The translations under genes and the position numbers were made by a program. The notes under the pieces were generated by a model that did no database searches, had not been told where the DNA came from, and was given only the letters and a program-made list of their open reading frames with translations. A stretch of DNA of 64,000 nucleotides from Candidatus Marinacidobacterales bacterium (GTDB taxonomy: Bacteria > Acidobacteriota > Vicinamibacteria > Marinacidobacterales > DATDRI01): the NCBI GenBank assembly GCA_965219415.1, contig OZ244742.1:1472001-1536000 (forward strand). Direction: 5' to 3'. This document shows, piece after piece, positions 1 to 9,391 of this stretch. Every line of letters starts with the position of its first letter. Positions within the stretch are counted from its first letter, which is position 1.

Positions 1-1539
1 CTTTCGGGTACCTACCTAGCGGCGATGGCGACGGTGGCTCTCTCGATCGCACTGGTCACCATGGCGCCTACCGCCGGAAGAACGCGACAGGAGCTGTCTT
101 CCCTTGCTCTTGCTCTCGTCGTCGCCGCGTTGTGCATTTACCCTTTTGCGCGTCCCTATTTTTGGGTCAACGACCATCTGGGCGTCGAGTGGGATCTTGC
201 TGGCATTGGCTCCCTATCCGCGACGCCCGAGAGCTACTTGGCTTCGTCTAGCCGGCTCTATAGGCCGGTCACAGACGGGTTGGTCGATGAAGACAAACGC
301 CGCGATTTTCTTTTCCCGGGCTTGACGCTGCCCTTGTTAGGGCTTGTCGGGTTGATGGTGCTCGTCGCGCGGCAAGGAAACTTCTCCCGCCCATGGGCGA
401 CCGCGCTCTGCTTCTTTCTGATCATGGCCGCCGGCGTCCTGCTGTCTTTGGGACCGCTGACACCGGTCTATTCGTTTCTGCACGAGCACCTCGTTTTCTT
501 TCGTGGACTCCGCGCGCTCACGCGATTCGCCCTGTTGCCCCTTTTGAGCCTCAGTGTCCTCGCAGGCTTCGCGCTCGCGTGGCTCTTCGAAGGAAACGGC
601 CGGTTGCGCAATCGACGGTGGGCGGCAGCAGCCATCGCCATCTTCTTCGTCGCCGAATCCACCGCATTGCCGTACTCGCTGGAAACTTTCCACGATGAGC
701 CTCCCGAGGTGTACCTCTGGCTGGAGGAGGAGGCGGAACCCGGCCCGATCGTGGAGCTACCGTTTCTGGTTCTAGACACCCGGTACATGTTCTGGGCGCG
801 ACATCATGGTTTCCGACCCATGTTGAACGGAGACAGCGGCTTTGTTCCTCCCTCCCATCGTTGGATGAAGAATCTGTTCTTGCGCTTTCCTTCGCCGGAC
901 TCGATCACGTTGCTACAAGAACTCGGCGTGCGGTACGTGATTCTTCATCTGGGAGCCTACCGGGATCGGGCCCTCATCCGTTTGCTCAACGGACTGGAGC
1001 GACACCGCGCGGAGCTCTTGAAGATCCGAGACTTCGGCCGCGACATGGTGGTGGAAGTGATTCCACCTAAAACCAACATAGGTCCGCCCCCGCCCCACAT
1101 GGTTCTTTCCGCCATCGGTCCGCCAACTCGGGTAGTCCCGGATCCCGACGAGCCGCTGGTGGAGTTCGTGTTGTCGCTTTCGTCCGCACAACGAGTGACG
1201 GGAGTTCGTTTGCACTACGGTCGGGTGCCTCTTTCGCCGGTGACTCACGTCGAGCTTCAGCTCCCCGCTTTGGAAGAAGACGTCGGAGGGGAGGTCCGTT
1301 GGGAGCAGGCATGGGCAAGCCCCGAGGACTGGCCGGCGTTGACCGAGTTGGTACAGGGACTACTCGAGCACCCCCGCCACGGCTCGCAATACGTAGAATT
1401 CCGAACCGCTGATCCCTCTGATTCGCCTCATTCTTTGGATGAGTTCGTAACCGACCGTCTGAGGCTGCGGCTGACCGGCTACGACGGTCCCCCCGATGTC
1501 ACGAGGATCGAAATGTTAGGAATCTCAGGGGCGCGCTGA
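1..1539 (+). CDS. Polytopic membrane protein, YfhO/GT-C glycosyltransferase-like (5' truncated by window edge)
   Basis: Frame open from base 1; many TM segments, then PIVELP...YMFW...PMLNGDSGF motif and a soluble C-terminal domain. Confidence 0.6.
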   Translation, partial: LSGTYLAAMATVALSIALVTMAPTAGRTRQELSSLALALVVAALCIYPFARPYFWVNDHLGVEWDLAGIGSLSATPESYLASSSRLYRPVTDGLVDEDKRRDFLFPGLTLPLLGLVGLMVLVARQGNFSRPWATALCFFLIMAAGVLLSLGPLTPVYSFLHEHLVFFRGLRALTRFALLPLLSLSVLAGFALAWLFEGNGRLRNRRWAAAAIAIFFVAESTALPYSLETFHDEPPEVYLWLEEEAEPGPIVELPFLVLDTRYMFWARHHGFRPMLNGDSGFVPPSHRWMKNLFLRFPSPDSITLLQELGVRYVILHLGAYRDRALIRLLNGLERHRAELLKIRDFGRDMVVEVIPPKTNIGPPPPHMVLSAIGPPTRVVPDPDEPLVEFVLSLSSAQRVTGVRLHYGRVPLSPVTHVELQLPALEEDVGGEVRWEQAWASPEDWPALTELVQGLLEHPRHGSQYVEFRTADPSDSPHSLDEFVTDRLRLRLTGYDGPPDVTRIEMLGISGAR

Positions 1540-1583
1540 GGCCTTACCGCCGGTTCACCTATCCTTCAGGAATCGACGCCCTC

Positions 1584-2420
1584 TCACTGGCCAAATATCT
1601 CATTGAAGAAGCTCTGCATTTCCTTCCAAGACATGGTGTCGGCGACCTCGTTGTAAGCGAGGGGAAGACCGAATTCGCTCCCGTACTGGTCGGCGTCCGG
1701 GTTGGTGAAACTGTGGACCGCGCCCTCGTATTCGTGGAAACGATAGTCGACCCCGACCTCCTCCATCTCTGCCTTGAATGCATCGACCTGTTCCGGGGGA
1801 ACGAGCGGATCATCGCCACCATGACACACCAGCACTTTGCCCTTCACCGAACCAGGTTCGGCTTTATGGTGCGAGGATAGATCGCCGTGGAAACTCACCA
1901 CGCCGTCGAGATCCGTGCCGACACGGGCCATATGGAGCACCACTCCGCCGCCAAAGCAGTAGCCGATAGCCGCAATACGATCCGGATCGGTCGACTCTTG
2001 ATTCTTGAGAAGCTCGAGCGCGGCGCGGAAGCGGCCTTCCGCCACATCGATGTTCTGAACCAACTCGCCCGCGAACTTGCCGGCGTCGTCAGGATGATCC
2101 GCCTGTTTCCCATCGCCATACATGTCGACCGCCAGGGCGGTGTAGCCGAGCTCCGCCAACATGCGCGCTCTTTCGCGCGCGTATTCATTGTGACCCCACC
2201 ATTCGTGAACGACGAGGACTCCCGGCCGTTTCCCTTTAACATTCTCGTCGTACGCCAGATAGCCCTTGAGCGTAACGCCGTCGGCCGAGTAGTCCACTTC
2301 TTCAGTGTGCGTCACGGACGACGGAATTTCGGTGGCGGGAGGCGCCGGCTCGACCTCCGCGCCGCGATCGGTGCAAGAAAGAGACACTAGTAGCAAAAAT
2401 AGGAAGCTCACTGGTTTCAA
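1584..2420 (-). CDS. Dienelactone hydrolase family protein (probable lipoprotein)
   Basis: HEWWG, GYCFGG nucleophile, HSF motifs; TTG start after GGAGG; lipobox SLSC. Confidence 0.9.
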   Translation of the reverse strand: MKPVSFLFLLLVSLSCTDRGAEVEPAPPATEIPSSVTHTEEVDYSADGVTLKGYLAYDENVKGKRPGVLVVHEWWGHNEYARERARMLAELGYTALAVDMYGDGKQADHPDDAGKFAGELVQNIDVAEGRFRAALELLKNQESTDPDRIAAIGYCFGGGVVLHMARVGTDLDGVVSFHGDLSSHHKAEPGSVKGKVLVCHGGDDPLVPPEQVDAFKAEMEEVGVDYRFHEYEGAVHSFTNPDADQYGSEFGLPLAYNEVADTMSWKEMQSFFNEIFGQ

Positions 2421-2455
2421 ATTACCCTCCGATAGCAGGTCAACCATCCTCGCGG

Positions 2456-3466
2456 CTACGATGAAACGTGCGGGGCCTGCCGATCCCAGCTAAAAACCGG
2501 GAATCGGAGCACGGTCCGAAAGCCCATTGATTCGTAGAGCGAGACGGCCCTCTCGTTGGTGTCACTCACCATGAGAGAGACGGTGAGGTAGCCGGCTCGG
2601 GTCAAGGCATCGATTGCGCGACCGAGAAGGAGTTTGCCCAAACCCAAACCCTGAGCGGACGGACTAACCGCGACCTGCGCAAAATGGGCGTGTCGAGGCG
2701 AAATTTCAGTCGCCACGATGAATCCAGAAAGCATTCTGGACTCCGGACGTTGAGCGACCGACGAGGCCATCGGAATCGGTTCTCCACATCCCTGCAGTTG
2801 AACAATGTTTTCCAGCAAGGTGCGGCACCCCTCTGGCTTTCGGTACAGCTCGTTCATCTCGGCGTCCACCCTCCCGTCATGTGCTTGCTGCATCAGCAAG
2901 GCGGCGCGCGACAGGTAAGAGGAGCTCCAAGGCTTGAACTCGAACAAATGACTACCGGAAGAGCTCGAGACGCTAGCCTGAAGTTCGCGGCGTAGGAACG
3001 CTCGGTCATGCGCTCGAAACCCTTCAGCCAAAAACGCGTCTCGCAACCAAGGAAGGCCGAAGGGTATGAACTGACTTTCGACGCGTGTGACCGCGCCCTC
3101 CGCCTGCACAGCCTTTACAGATTGCACCGACGCAATGAGACTCGCAGCGAGCGGAAGTCCTATCGTTGGAACTCTCGCGTCAGGTGCAAGCATGAAACTT
3201 CCTAGCACCGCCCGTTTGCCATCCACGATGTAGTACCCGCAGCCAACGACCTCGTCCCCGACTCGAATGGCTCTTCCAGCAAGGCTCCGTCTCTTCACGG
3301 CGTCCCGGACGACTGAAATGGCGGGCGTGGTGTCCCACAAGAGCTCACTTTGCCAGAATCTTCTCTCCTCGGCCCACAGACTCTCGAGGTGCGCGGGGCG
3401 CAATCCGACCAAATCGACGATCTCAGCCAGCGAAGTTTCGGTGGTAGTAAGGAAGGGGCCGGCCAT
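2456..3466 (-). CDS. GNAT family N-acetyltransferase (tandem GNAT)
   Basis: VAVSPSAQGLGLG acetyl-CoA motif; N..AVSLYESMGF. Confidence 0.85.
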   Translation of the reverse strand: MAGPFLTTTETSLAEIVDLVGLRPAHLESLWAEERRFWQSELLWDTTPAISVVRDAVKRRSLAGRAIRVGDEVVGCGYYIVDGKRAVLGSFMLAPDARVPTIGLPLAASLIASVQSVKAVQAEGAVTRVESQFIPFGLPWLRDAFLAEGFRAHDRAFLRRELQASVSSSSGSHLFEFKPWSSSYLSRAALLMQQAHDGRVDAEMNELYRKPEGCRTLLENIVQLQGCGEPIPMASSVAQRPESRMLSGFIVATEISPRHAHFAQVAVSPSAQGLGLGKLLLGRAIDALTRAGYLTVSLMVSDTNERAVSLYESMGFRTVLRFPVFSWDRQAPHVSS

Positions 3467-3584
3467 TGTGCAAGAACCTGAACGATTCTAACAGAGTCTC
3501 GAGGTAAGGCGGCAAGTCCTTGTTTCGTCGTTTTTGACAATCTGGCGGAATCGAAGGATCTTTGGTTCGGAGGTTGGATTGGAC

Positions 3585-4469
3585 ATGACCGCTTCTCGGA
3601 AGAGCGCACCTTTGACTTTCGTCTTATTGATGAGCATCGGCTATTCGGTCACACCGCCGCCGCTCCTCGCCGCCTTACCCCTCGCCTCCCCAACTGCGCA
3701 GGCGACGATCCCGGCCAGAACCTTCACCGGCCCGGACGGGAACCCCCTGCCCTTCGAGAACGACGACGAGATGATGAAATTTCTCAAAACAGCCAAGGTG
3801 ACGAAACGGTCTGACATTGGTACAGGGATCAATCGCTTCAAGAAATTGACGCTTAAGAAGGACGGCGTGCAAGCGCATGCGATCTTCCGTGATGCCGACG
3901 TGACGGAGCACAACATCCGGGTAGGAGATCGGCGCTACCGCGTTTTCCGCGACAGCTACCTCTTCGAATGCGCCTCTTACGATCTGGGCCAGTTGCTCGG
4001 AATTACCAAGATACCGCCGGTCGTGCTGCGGCGCCTCGGTCGGACCGAGGGCAGCCTCCAGCTATGGATCGAAGACGTTCGAGACGAAAAACACGAGGCC
4101 TTCGCGCCACCGTCCGCCCTCGCTTGGGCGCGGCAGGTCCAAGAAATGCGCTTGTTCGATAACCTCATCTTCAACGTGGATCGGAACCCGGGAAACATCC
4201 TCGTGACTCACGACTACACGTTGATCTTGATCGATCAAACGCGAGGATTTCAAGAGGTCGCCGCTCTTCTCGAACCAGAGGGCGTCTCTCACGTGAAACG
4301 GGCGACCTGGGACAAGCTACAGAGTGTCTCCGAATCGGAGCTCCGCGACGTGGTCAGACCGTACCTGACCGTTGGGGAGCTCAACGCGCTAGTTGCGCGG
4401 TGGAAGCTGATGGTTCAGCGTTTCGAAGAGTTGATAGAGAACCGGAGCGAGGAGCTCGTCGTCTATTAG
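3585..4469 (+). CDS. Putative exported PI3/4-kinase-like (atypical kinase fold) protein
   Basis: GGAGG RBS; N-terminal hydrophobic segment; GSLQLW, FDNLIFNVDRNPGNIL, LIDQ motifs. Confidence 0.6.
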   Translation: MTASRKSAPLTFVLLMSIGYSVTPPPLLAALPLASPTAQATIPARTFTGPDGNPLPFENDDEMMKFLKTAKVTKRSDIGTGINRFKKLTLKKDGVQAHAIFRDADVTEHNIRVGDRRYRVFRDSYLFECASYDLGQLLGITKIPPVVLRRLGRTEGSLQLWIEDVRDEKHEAFAPPSALAWARQVQEMRLFDNLIFNVDRNPGNILVTHDYTLILIDQTRGFQEVAALLEPEGVSHVKRATWDKLQSVSESELRDVVRPYLTVGELNALVARWKLMVQRFEELIENRSEELVVY

Positions 4470-4516
4470 CTTGGCATTAGCCAGGCATCAGGCAGGCACT
4501 AAGCAAACGCGTCGGG

Positions 4517-5524
4517 CTACGGTGAGAAAACCAAGCGAACGAGCGGGAATCCCGCTGTACGAACGAAGCGGATCTTGCCGCGATTGCGATAGAAAAGAAC
4601 CCCCTCCACACCGAATCGCCTCCACAGGTCGAGCGCACCGTCCGGCCCTACAACAAAACCGGCGGTCGACAAAGCATCGACCGTCATCGCTTCTCCTAGG
4701 TTGCCGACAACGGTCGCCGACACGGAATCCTTCACCGGCCATCCGGTACGTGGGTCGATGATGTGTGACAACCAGACGCCATCCTCCTCGAACCCTTGCT
4801 CGTCGCCTGCCGATGTCGAAACGCAACCTTCTTCGATCTGGAGCTTGACGCGGGGGGCGTTTCGAGGGAAGAATATCGCCCCGGTCGGCGCATAGCCAAA
4901 AAGAGCAACGCTGCTCTCCCCGAGGTCGACCATCGCCCGTTGAGCCCCGGCCGCCCTGAGGTTGGCGAGCGCCTTGTCCACCGCGTATCCCTTGGTGAGT
5001 CCTCCCAAATCGATCTCAACTCCATCCGCCGCGAGCTCGACCGATGACGTAGTCGGATCGAGGCGAATCTGCCGAAACCCCACCCGAGTGTGAGCGTTTG
5101 CGAGCATGATCCGCGCCGGAACCTCACCCCCTCCACGATAAAAGCCCCACATCCTTACGACGGAACCAATGGTGGGATCGAAGGCGCCGCCCGATCGATT
5201 CGCGACACGAATCGCCTCGCTCAGGACGTCGTAGGTCGAATCAGAAAGCGGAAAGGGAGTATTGGAGGGCTCCCGGTTCAACCGATTCAACTCACTGTCC
5301 TCGCGGTAGAGGCTCATGAGTCGGTCGACCGATTCTAGCTCTCTGTAGGCGAGGGCGATGGCCGCATCCAGCGCGGGCTCCTCGAGTCCGCATGCCTCGA
5401 TGCGCGCAACCGTGCCCATGACGTAGAAAGCCTGCTCGCGGCATTGGGGCGGGTCGGGGGGTGGGTCGAGCGACGGGTTGGCCGCGATCGCCCCGACCAT
5501 CGCAAGCCAGGAAACAATCGACAC
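4517..5524 (-). CDS. apbE: FAD:protein FMN transferase ApbE
   Basis: VMGT, FDPTIG, IDLGGLTKGYAVD, STS, HIIDPRTGWP, DALST motifs. Confidence 0.92.
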   Translation of the reverse strand: MSIVSWLAMVGAIAANPSLDPPPDPPQCREQAFYVMGTVARIEACGLEEPALDAAIALAYRELESVDRLMSLYREDSELNRLNREPSNTPFPLSDSTYDVLSEAIRVANRSGGAFDPTIGSVVRMWGFYRGGGEVPARIMLANAHTRVGFRQIRLDPTTSSVELAADGVEIDLGGLTKGYAVDKALANLRAAGAQRAMVDLGESSVALFGYAPTGAIFFPRNAPRVKLQIEEGCVSTSAGDEQGFEEDGVWLSHIIDPRTGWPVKDSVSATVVGNLGEAMTVDALSTAGFVVGPDGALDLWRRFGVEGVLFYRNRGKIRFVRTAGFPLVRLVFSP

Positions 5525-5546
5525 GTGCGCGCCTATCGCGACCGAA

Positions 5547-6131
5547 CTAACGGGAAGGGTCTTTCGTTCCGACCGAAACGAGGCGATCCTCGGCGCCGGT
5601 TTTCTTAGGTATCAAAATCTCGCGAGTCATTGCCCGCCCGTTGTGTCCGTTGGGAGGCGAGCCACTCCAGAGATTCCATGCGACGACAACGAGGAGCGTG
5701 CCGAGCAGTGCCTCGAGAGCAAAGAACCCCACGATCTTGACCGGAGCAAGAGAGGGGCCGACGAATCGCACCAGCCAACCTCCCGACTCAGAGGCAATCG
5801 CCGCACCGAAGGTGGCCCAAACGAAAAAGAGCTTCAGACCCTTTCCAAAAGGCGAAAAGATCACCAAGTGCGTCAACACGAGCAGCACCATCGCCATCAT
5901 GGCGAGGTGAGCGTGGGTGACTTCGAGCATCGACCCCATGGTTCGCGGCGGTAGGAACTCCTCCTCCGAACCATTGTAATAACTGACGACGGATTCCGGA
6001 CTCAGTCCCATTTTCGATAAGTATAGAACGAGGTTCGTTACCCAAAACCCCACAAGCAACAGCAACGTCAGCCCGATGGTCAATCGCATCAAAGGGTGGT
6101 TTTGGAAACCGCCGGATTCCATGTATTTCAC
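5547..6131 (-). CDS. 4-TM inner membrane protein with intramembrane His residues (possible cytochrome b)
   Basis: Four hydrophobic helices; THAHL...LTHL; coupled (GTGA overlap) to the upstream gene. Confidence 0.65.
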   Translation of the reverse strand: MKYMESGGFQNHPLMRLTIGLTLLLLVGFWVTNLVLYLSKMGLSPESVVSYYNGSEEEFLPPRTMGSMLEVTHAHLAMMAMVLLVLTHLVIFSPFGKGLKLFFVWATFGAAIASESGGWLVRFVGPSLAPVKIVGFFALEALLGTLLVVVAWNLWSGSPPNGHNGRAMTREILIPKKTGAEDRLVSVGTKDPSR

Positions 6132-6694
6132 GACCCGCCCTCTCCTCCGAGAACTGTGTAAAGGGCCAGCGCACGACGGACGCTTGCCGCCAGAGCTCTC
6201 ACCGTCAGTGTGGCACCAGTGACCCGCACGAGATGGCGTCCCACGATCATGTCATCGGTCAATTCCTGATCATTCATTCGGTCCAGCCAACTCTGCCTAA
6301 CCTTGTAGTCCTCCGGTTCGTAAAACGCGAGAATCTCCACTCGACGCACCGTACCGTCTGGCTTCACCAAGACCATGACCGTCTCCGTGGTGGTGCGCAC
6401 GACGTGGGTGTCGAAGAATGCGGCTCCCGCGGGTCGGCCGTCTTCATCGACTCCGACGTAGTAGTGGACGATCTTGGAATCGAGCCGCGCTCGTGCCAAG
6501 CCTTCGATCTCCTTCGCCTGCTCGTCGGTGAGAAAAACGGACTTCCGTTCGATCGCTCCACCTGGAAACGCCTCCGCCAAAGCCTGCTTCTGCGTCTTAT
6601 AGAGACCACCTCGGAGCTCACCGGGAAGAATGGAAACGATCGCTGCCAATCCCCAGACGAGTCGCGTCTGACGCCAATCCCCGAATCGTTGCAT
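6128..6694 (-). CDS. FMN-binding domain protein (ApbE substrate)
   Basis: Signal-like N-terminus; C-terminal flavinylation motif VTGATLT. Confidence 0.8.
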   Translation of the reverse strand: MQRFGDWRQTRLVWGLAAIVSILPGELRGGLYKTQKQALAEAFPGGAIERKSVFLTDEQAKEIEGLARARLDSKIVHYYVGVDEDGRPAGAAFFDTHVVRTTTETVMVLVKPDGTVRRVEILAFYEPEDYKVRQSWLDRMNDQELTDDMIVGRHLVRVTGATLTVRALAASVRRALALYTVLGGEGGS

Positions 6695-6705
6695 TGCGTT
6701 CGACC

Positions 6706-8106
6706 CTAGAATTGATAACCGATTCCGAAGTTCCACTGGTTGGTTCCGGTGCCGGCTCGATTGCGGAAATTCTGGAAATCGAGCTTCAGCACGATGCTGT
6801 AGATCGGTTCCACCTCGAAGCCGAACGTGGTAACGGCTCGGTCGTTTACAGGGTTCCTAAGAAACCCGCCGGGCACCTCCGCTTGTGTGTCGAAGTCCTC
6901 GTAGCGAATGAACGGCGTCAGCGCCCAGGCCGCCCCGGTGTTTCCGAGACCAACGAATTCGTAAGCCCCCTCCAGATACCATCCCCGGAGCTCGGAGCCG
7001 ATCGACGAGGCACCGGTAAGGCCGAGGCTCTGGTTGATGAGCGCCGCTTCGCCGATCGTTCCCATCACGTAGAGTCCTCGGAGCTGTAGCCCCCGGTAGT
7101 TGTACTGACCATGGACATCGAACAGGCTGACCCGCCCGCCAATTGCGCTTCCAGTCAGCAACGTCTCTCCTTGACCCGAGTCACCGACGAAAAAGCTGCC
7201 GCCCACCAGAAAGCCGGGATAGCCGGTGAGATCCAGGCGGCCAGTCCAGCCGAAGTCCTGGGCGATGGATTTCGAGCCCTTTTGCCGACCGCCGCGAAGC
7301 CCGGAGCTGGGAGAGAAACCAGTGCTCGTCAGACCGACGACCACATAGGAGCGATAGGTGAAGGGACCTATGTCACCGAAAATGCCCCCTCCGTTCTCTC
7401 GCCAGGTGGTCGGAATGATGACCCTTTCCACCTGGGGCCGGGTGACTCCGTAGAAGACGGTCGGCTCGTGGAGCTCATTGAGAAAACCCACCGGTATCAA
7501 GACCATCCCGCCGCGAAAATTGAGCTGCGGACGATAGAGGAAGTCGAGGTATGCGAACTCCACCGAGACGACGCCCGACTTGTCGGTAGAGGCATGCTCG
7601 AATTCGATCTCCGAGTTGAAGAGGAATTGATCGTTCCACTTGTAGCCCAGGTAAACGATCGCCCTCAAGAAATCGAACTCATTCAGTGCACCGGAAGCCG
7701 ATCCGTCGTCGCTGTCCGTGGCCGGATTCTGAAAGATGGCCTCACCGTACCCACCGATGGAAGCGCCTCGTTCTACTCCATATATCTTGGAGGCAGATGG
7801 CGCCAAACCATATTGACCCCTTTGGCCCCTTTGACCCTTGCCGGGCTCCTGCTCCTCTTCCGCCACGGCTCCCAACTTCAGCCTCTCGATTTCTTCGCTC
7901 AGGAGTCGGATCTGCCGCTCGAGCTCCGCGAGGCGCTCCTCTTGGGACGGTGGATCCTTCTTCTCTTCCTTCTCTTCCTCTTCTGCCTTCTCGATGGTGA
8001 TGGCCGAGGCGGCCTCTGCCCAAGTGAGCAGGGCGAGTGCGCCCGAAAGAAGAGCGATCCCGAAAACCCTGCGAGTTCTCGGCGGTGTCACACTCTGGGG
8101 TGTCAT
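6706..8106 (-). CDS. Outer membrane beta-barrel porin (OprO/OprP-like)
   Basis: Signal peptide, coiled-coil linker, FNSEIEFEH, VEFAYLDF, amphipathic strands, terminal GYQF. Confidence 0.75.
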   Translation of the reverse strand: MTPQSVTPPRTRRVFGIALLSGALALLTWAEAASAITIEKAEEEEKEEKKDPPSQEERLAELERQIRLLSEEIERLKLGAVAEEEQEPGKGQRGQRGQYGLAPSASKIYGVERGASIGGYGEAIFQNPATDSDDGSASGALNEFDFLRAIVYLGYKWNDQFLFNSEIEFEHASTDKSGVVSVEFAYLDFLYRPQLNFRGGMVLIPVGFLNELHEPTVFYGVTRPQVERVIIPTTWRENGGGIFGDIGPFTYRSYVVVGLTSTGFSPSSGLRGGRQKGSKSIAQDFGWTGRLDLTGYPGFLVGGSFFVGDSGQGETLLTGSAIGGRVSLFDVHGQYNYRGLQLRGLYVMGTIGEAALINQSLGLTGASSIGSELRGWYLEGAYEFVGLGNTGAAWALTPFIRYEDFDTQAEVPGGFLRNPVNDRAVTTFGFEVEPIYSIVLKLDFQNFRNRAGTGTNQWNFGIGYQF

Positions 8107-8154
8107 GACTCTACCTCCACCGTTGTCTCTTCACGCCGCGGGCCCTTGGGGAAA

Positions 8155-8679
8155 CTAGTGCGAACGGGTGGACGCGTTTTTAACGCCGACCTTGGTCTTA
8201 CGACGGCTACTCTTTTTCTTCGAGCGCCGCTGATTGCACTTTTGGCAAACACCGAATATCTGATGCCGGTGCGAGTCGATGGTGAATCCGTAGGCCTCGG
8301 CAATTTCGTCCTGGAGCGTCTCGATCTCCTGACTCACGAACTCGATGATCGTGCCGCACTCGATGCAGATCATGTGATCGTGATGTGCATGTTTGTAGTG
8401 ATGCTCGAAACGAGTCAGCCCGTCTCGGAGCTCGATCGATTCCGCCAACTGCGCGTCACACAGAAGCTTCAGGGTTCGATAGATTGTGGTGCGACCGATC
8501 TCGCGGTGCTTGCGATGGATAACTCGATGGAGATCGTCGACCGTCATGTGGCCTCCGGTCTCCAAGAAGTACTGGAGGATCACTTCCCGCTGACGGGAGT
8601 GCTTCAGCCCATTGTTTGCGAGATACTCTTCGAGGACACGGAACTCTTCTCGACCGTGGGAGGACTTACTCGGTGTCAT
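8155..8679 (-). CDS. fur: Fur family transcriptional regulator
   Basis: TIYRTLKLL, HHDHMICIECG, GVCQKC. Confidence 0.92.
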   Translation of the reverse strand: MTPSKSSHGREEFRVLEEYLANNGLKHSRQREVILQYFLETGGHMTVDDLHRVIHRKHREIGRTTIYRTLKLLCDAQLAESIELRDGLTRFEHHYKHAHHDHMICIECGTIIEFVSQEIETLQDEIAEAYGFTIDSHRHQIFGVCQKCNQRRSKKKSSRRKTKVGVKNASTRSH

Positions 8680-9391
8680 CCGAGTCGCCTCCTCGCGGGC
8701 CTTCCCGGAGTACGTAAATATCTTCGGCCAACGCCTCTTCGAGCGCCAGTTGCGTCTCGTCGCATTCCAAGACGAACGCGGGCGACCGCTGGTGCAGCTT
8801 CACTTTGACTCCCGGGGTGAAACCGAAAGAAGAAAGCTTATGCAGTCTGGAGTAGTTCTTAGTATTGACATAAGCCACTCGCGCCGTCTCGCCGGTGTGC
8901 ATCTGGTTGGCACTGACCACCACTGCCTCGATGCTACGCCTCGTATCTTGGCAGCATCGTCCTTCGGGAATGGGCCGACCATGAGGGCACTGGCGCGGGT
9001 GGCCGAGCAGCGTACAGATGCTTTCGGTAATGCCGGGGGCAACGAGATGCTCGAACTCGCAAGCGTTGACCTCAATCTCGGGCATCGGCATGCGCAAAAT
9101 GTCGTTCACCAAACGTTCCGCGAGTCGGTGACGTCGAATGATGGCGCGGGCCCTTTCTCGACCGGACTCGGTGAAAACCAGCGAGCCGTCCTTTCGTTCT
9201 TCGATCAACGTTCGCGTCTTGAGCTCTTCGATGAGCTCCTCGGTCAAGGCGACGTCGACGACTTGGGCCAAATCCTCCCGCCGGGTCGCGCCTCGCTCGT
9301 CTCCTGTCCAAAGCGCCTCCAGGACTTCCTCGAGCGCCCGGTGCGGTGGTTGCGGAGAGCGACTGGTCTCGGTCGAGGTTGTGTCGTTCAT
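8666..9391 (-). CDS. DtxR/IdeR-type metal-dependent regulator with C-terminal FeoA domain
   Basis: RRHRLAERL, CEFEH, HPRQCPHGRPIP; FeoA-like GFTPGVKVKL; ATGA overlap with feoB stop. Confidence 0.85.
   Translation of the reverse strand: MNDTTSTETSRSPQPPHRALEEVLEALWTGDERGATRREDLAQVVDVALTEELIEELKTRTLIEERKDGSLVFTESGRERARAIIRRHRLAERLVNDILRMPMPEIEVNACEFEHLVAPGITESICTLLGHPRQCPHGRPIPEGRCCQDTRRSIEAVVVSANQMHTGETARVAYVNTKNYSRLHKLSSFGFTPGVKVKLHQRSPAFVLECDETQLALEEALAEDIYVLREGPRGGDSDDTE

Noticed and set aside
7111-8808. 565-aa plus-strand ORF
   Set aside because: Antisense shadow of the porin, fur and DtxR genes; no motifs; expected in GC-rich DNA
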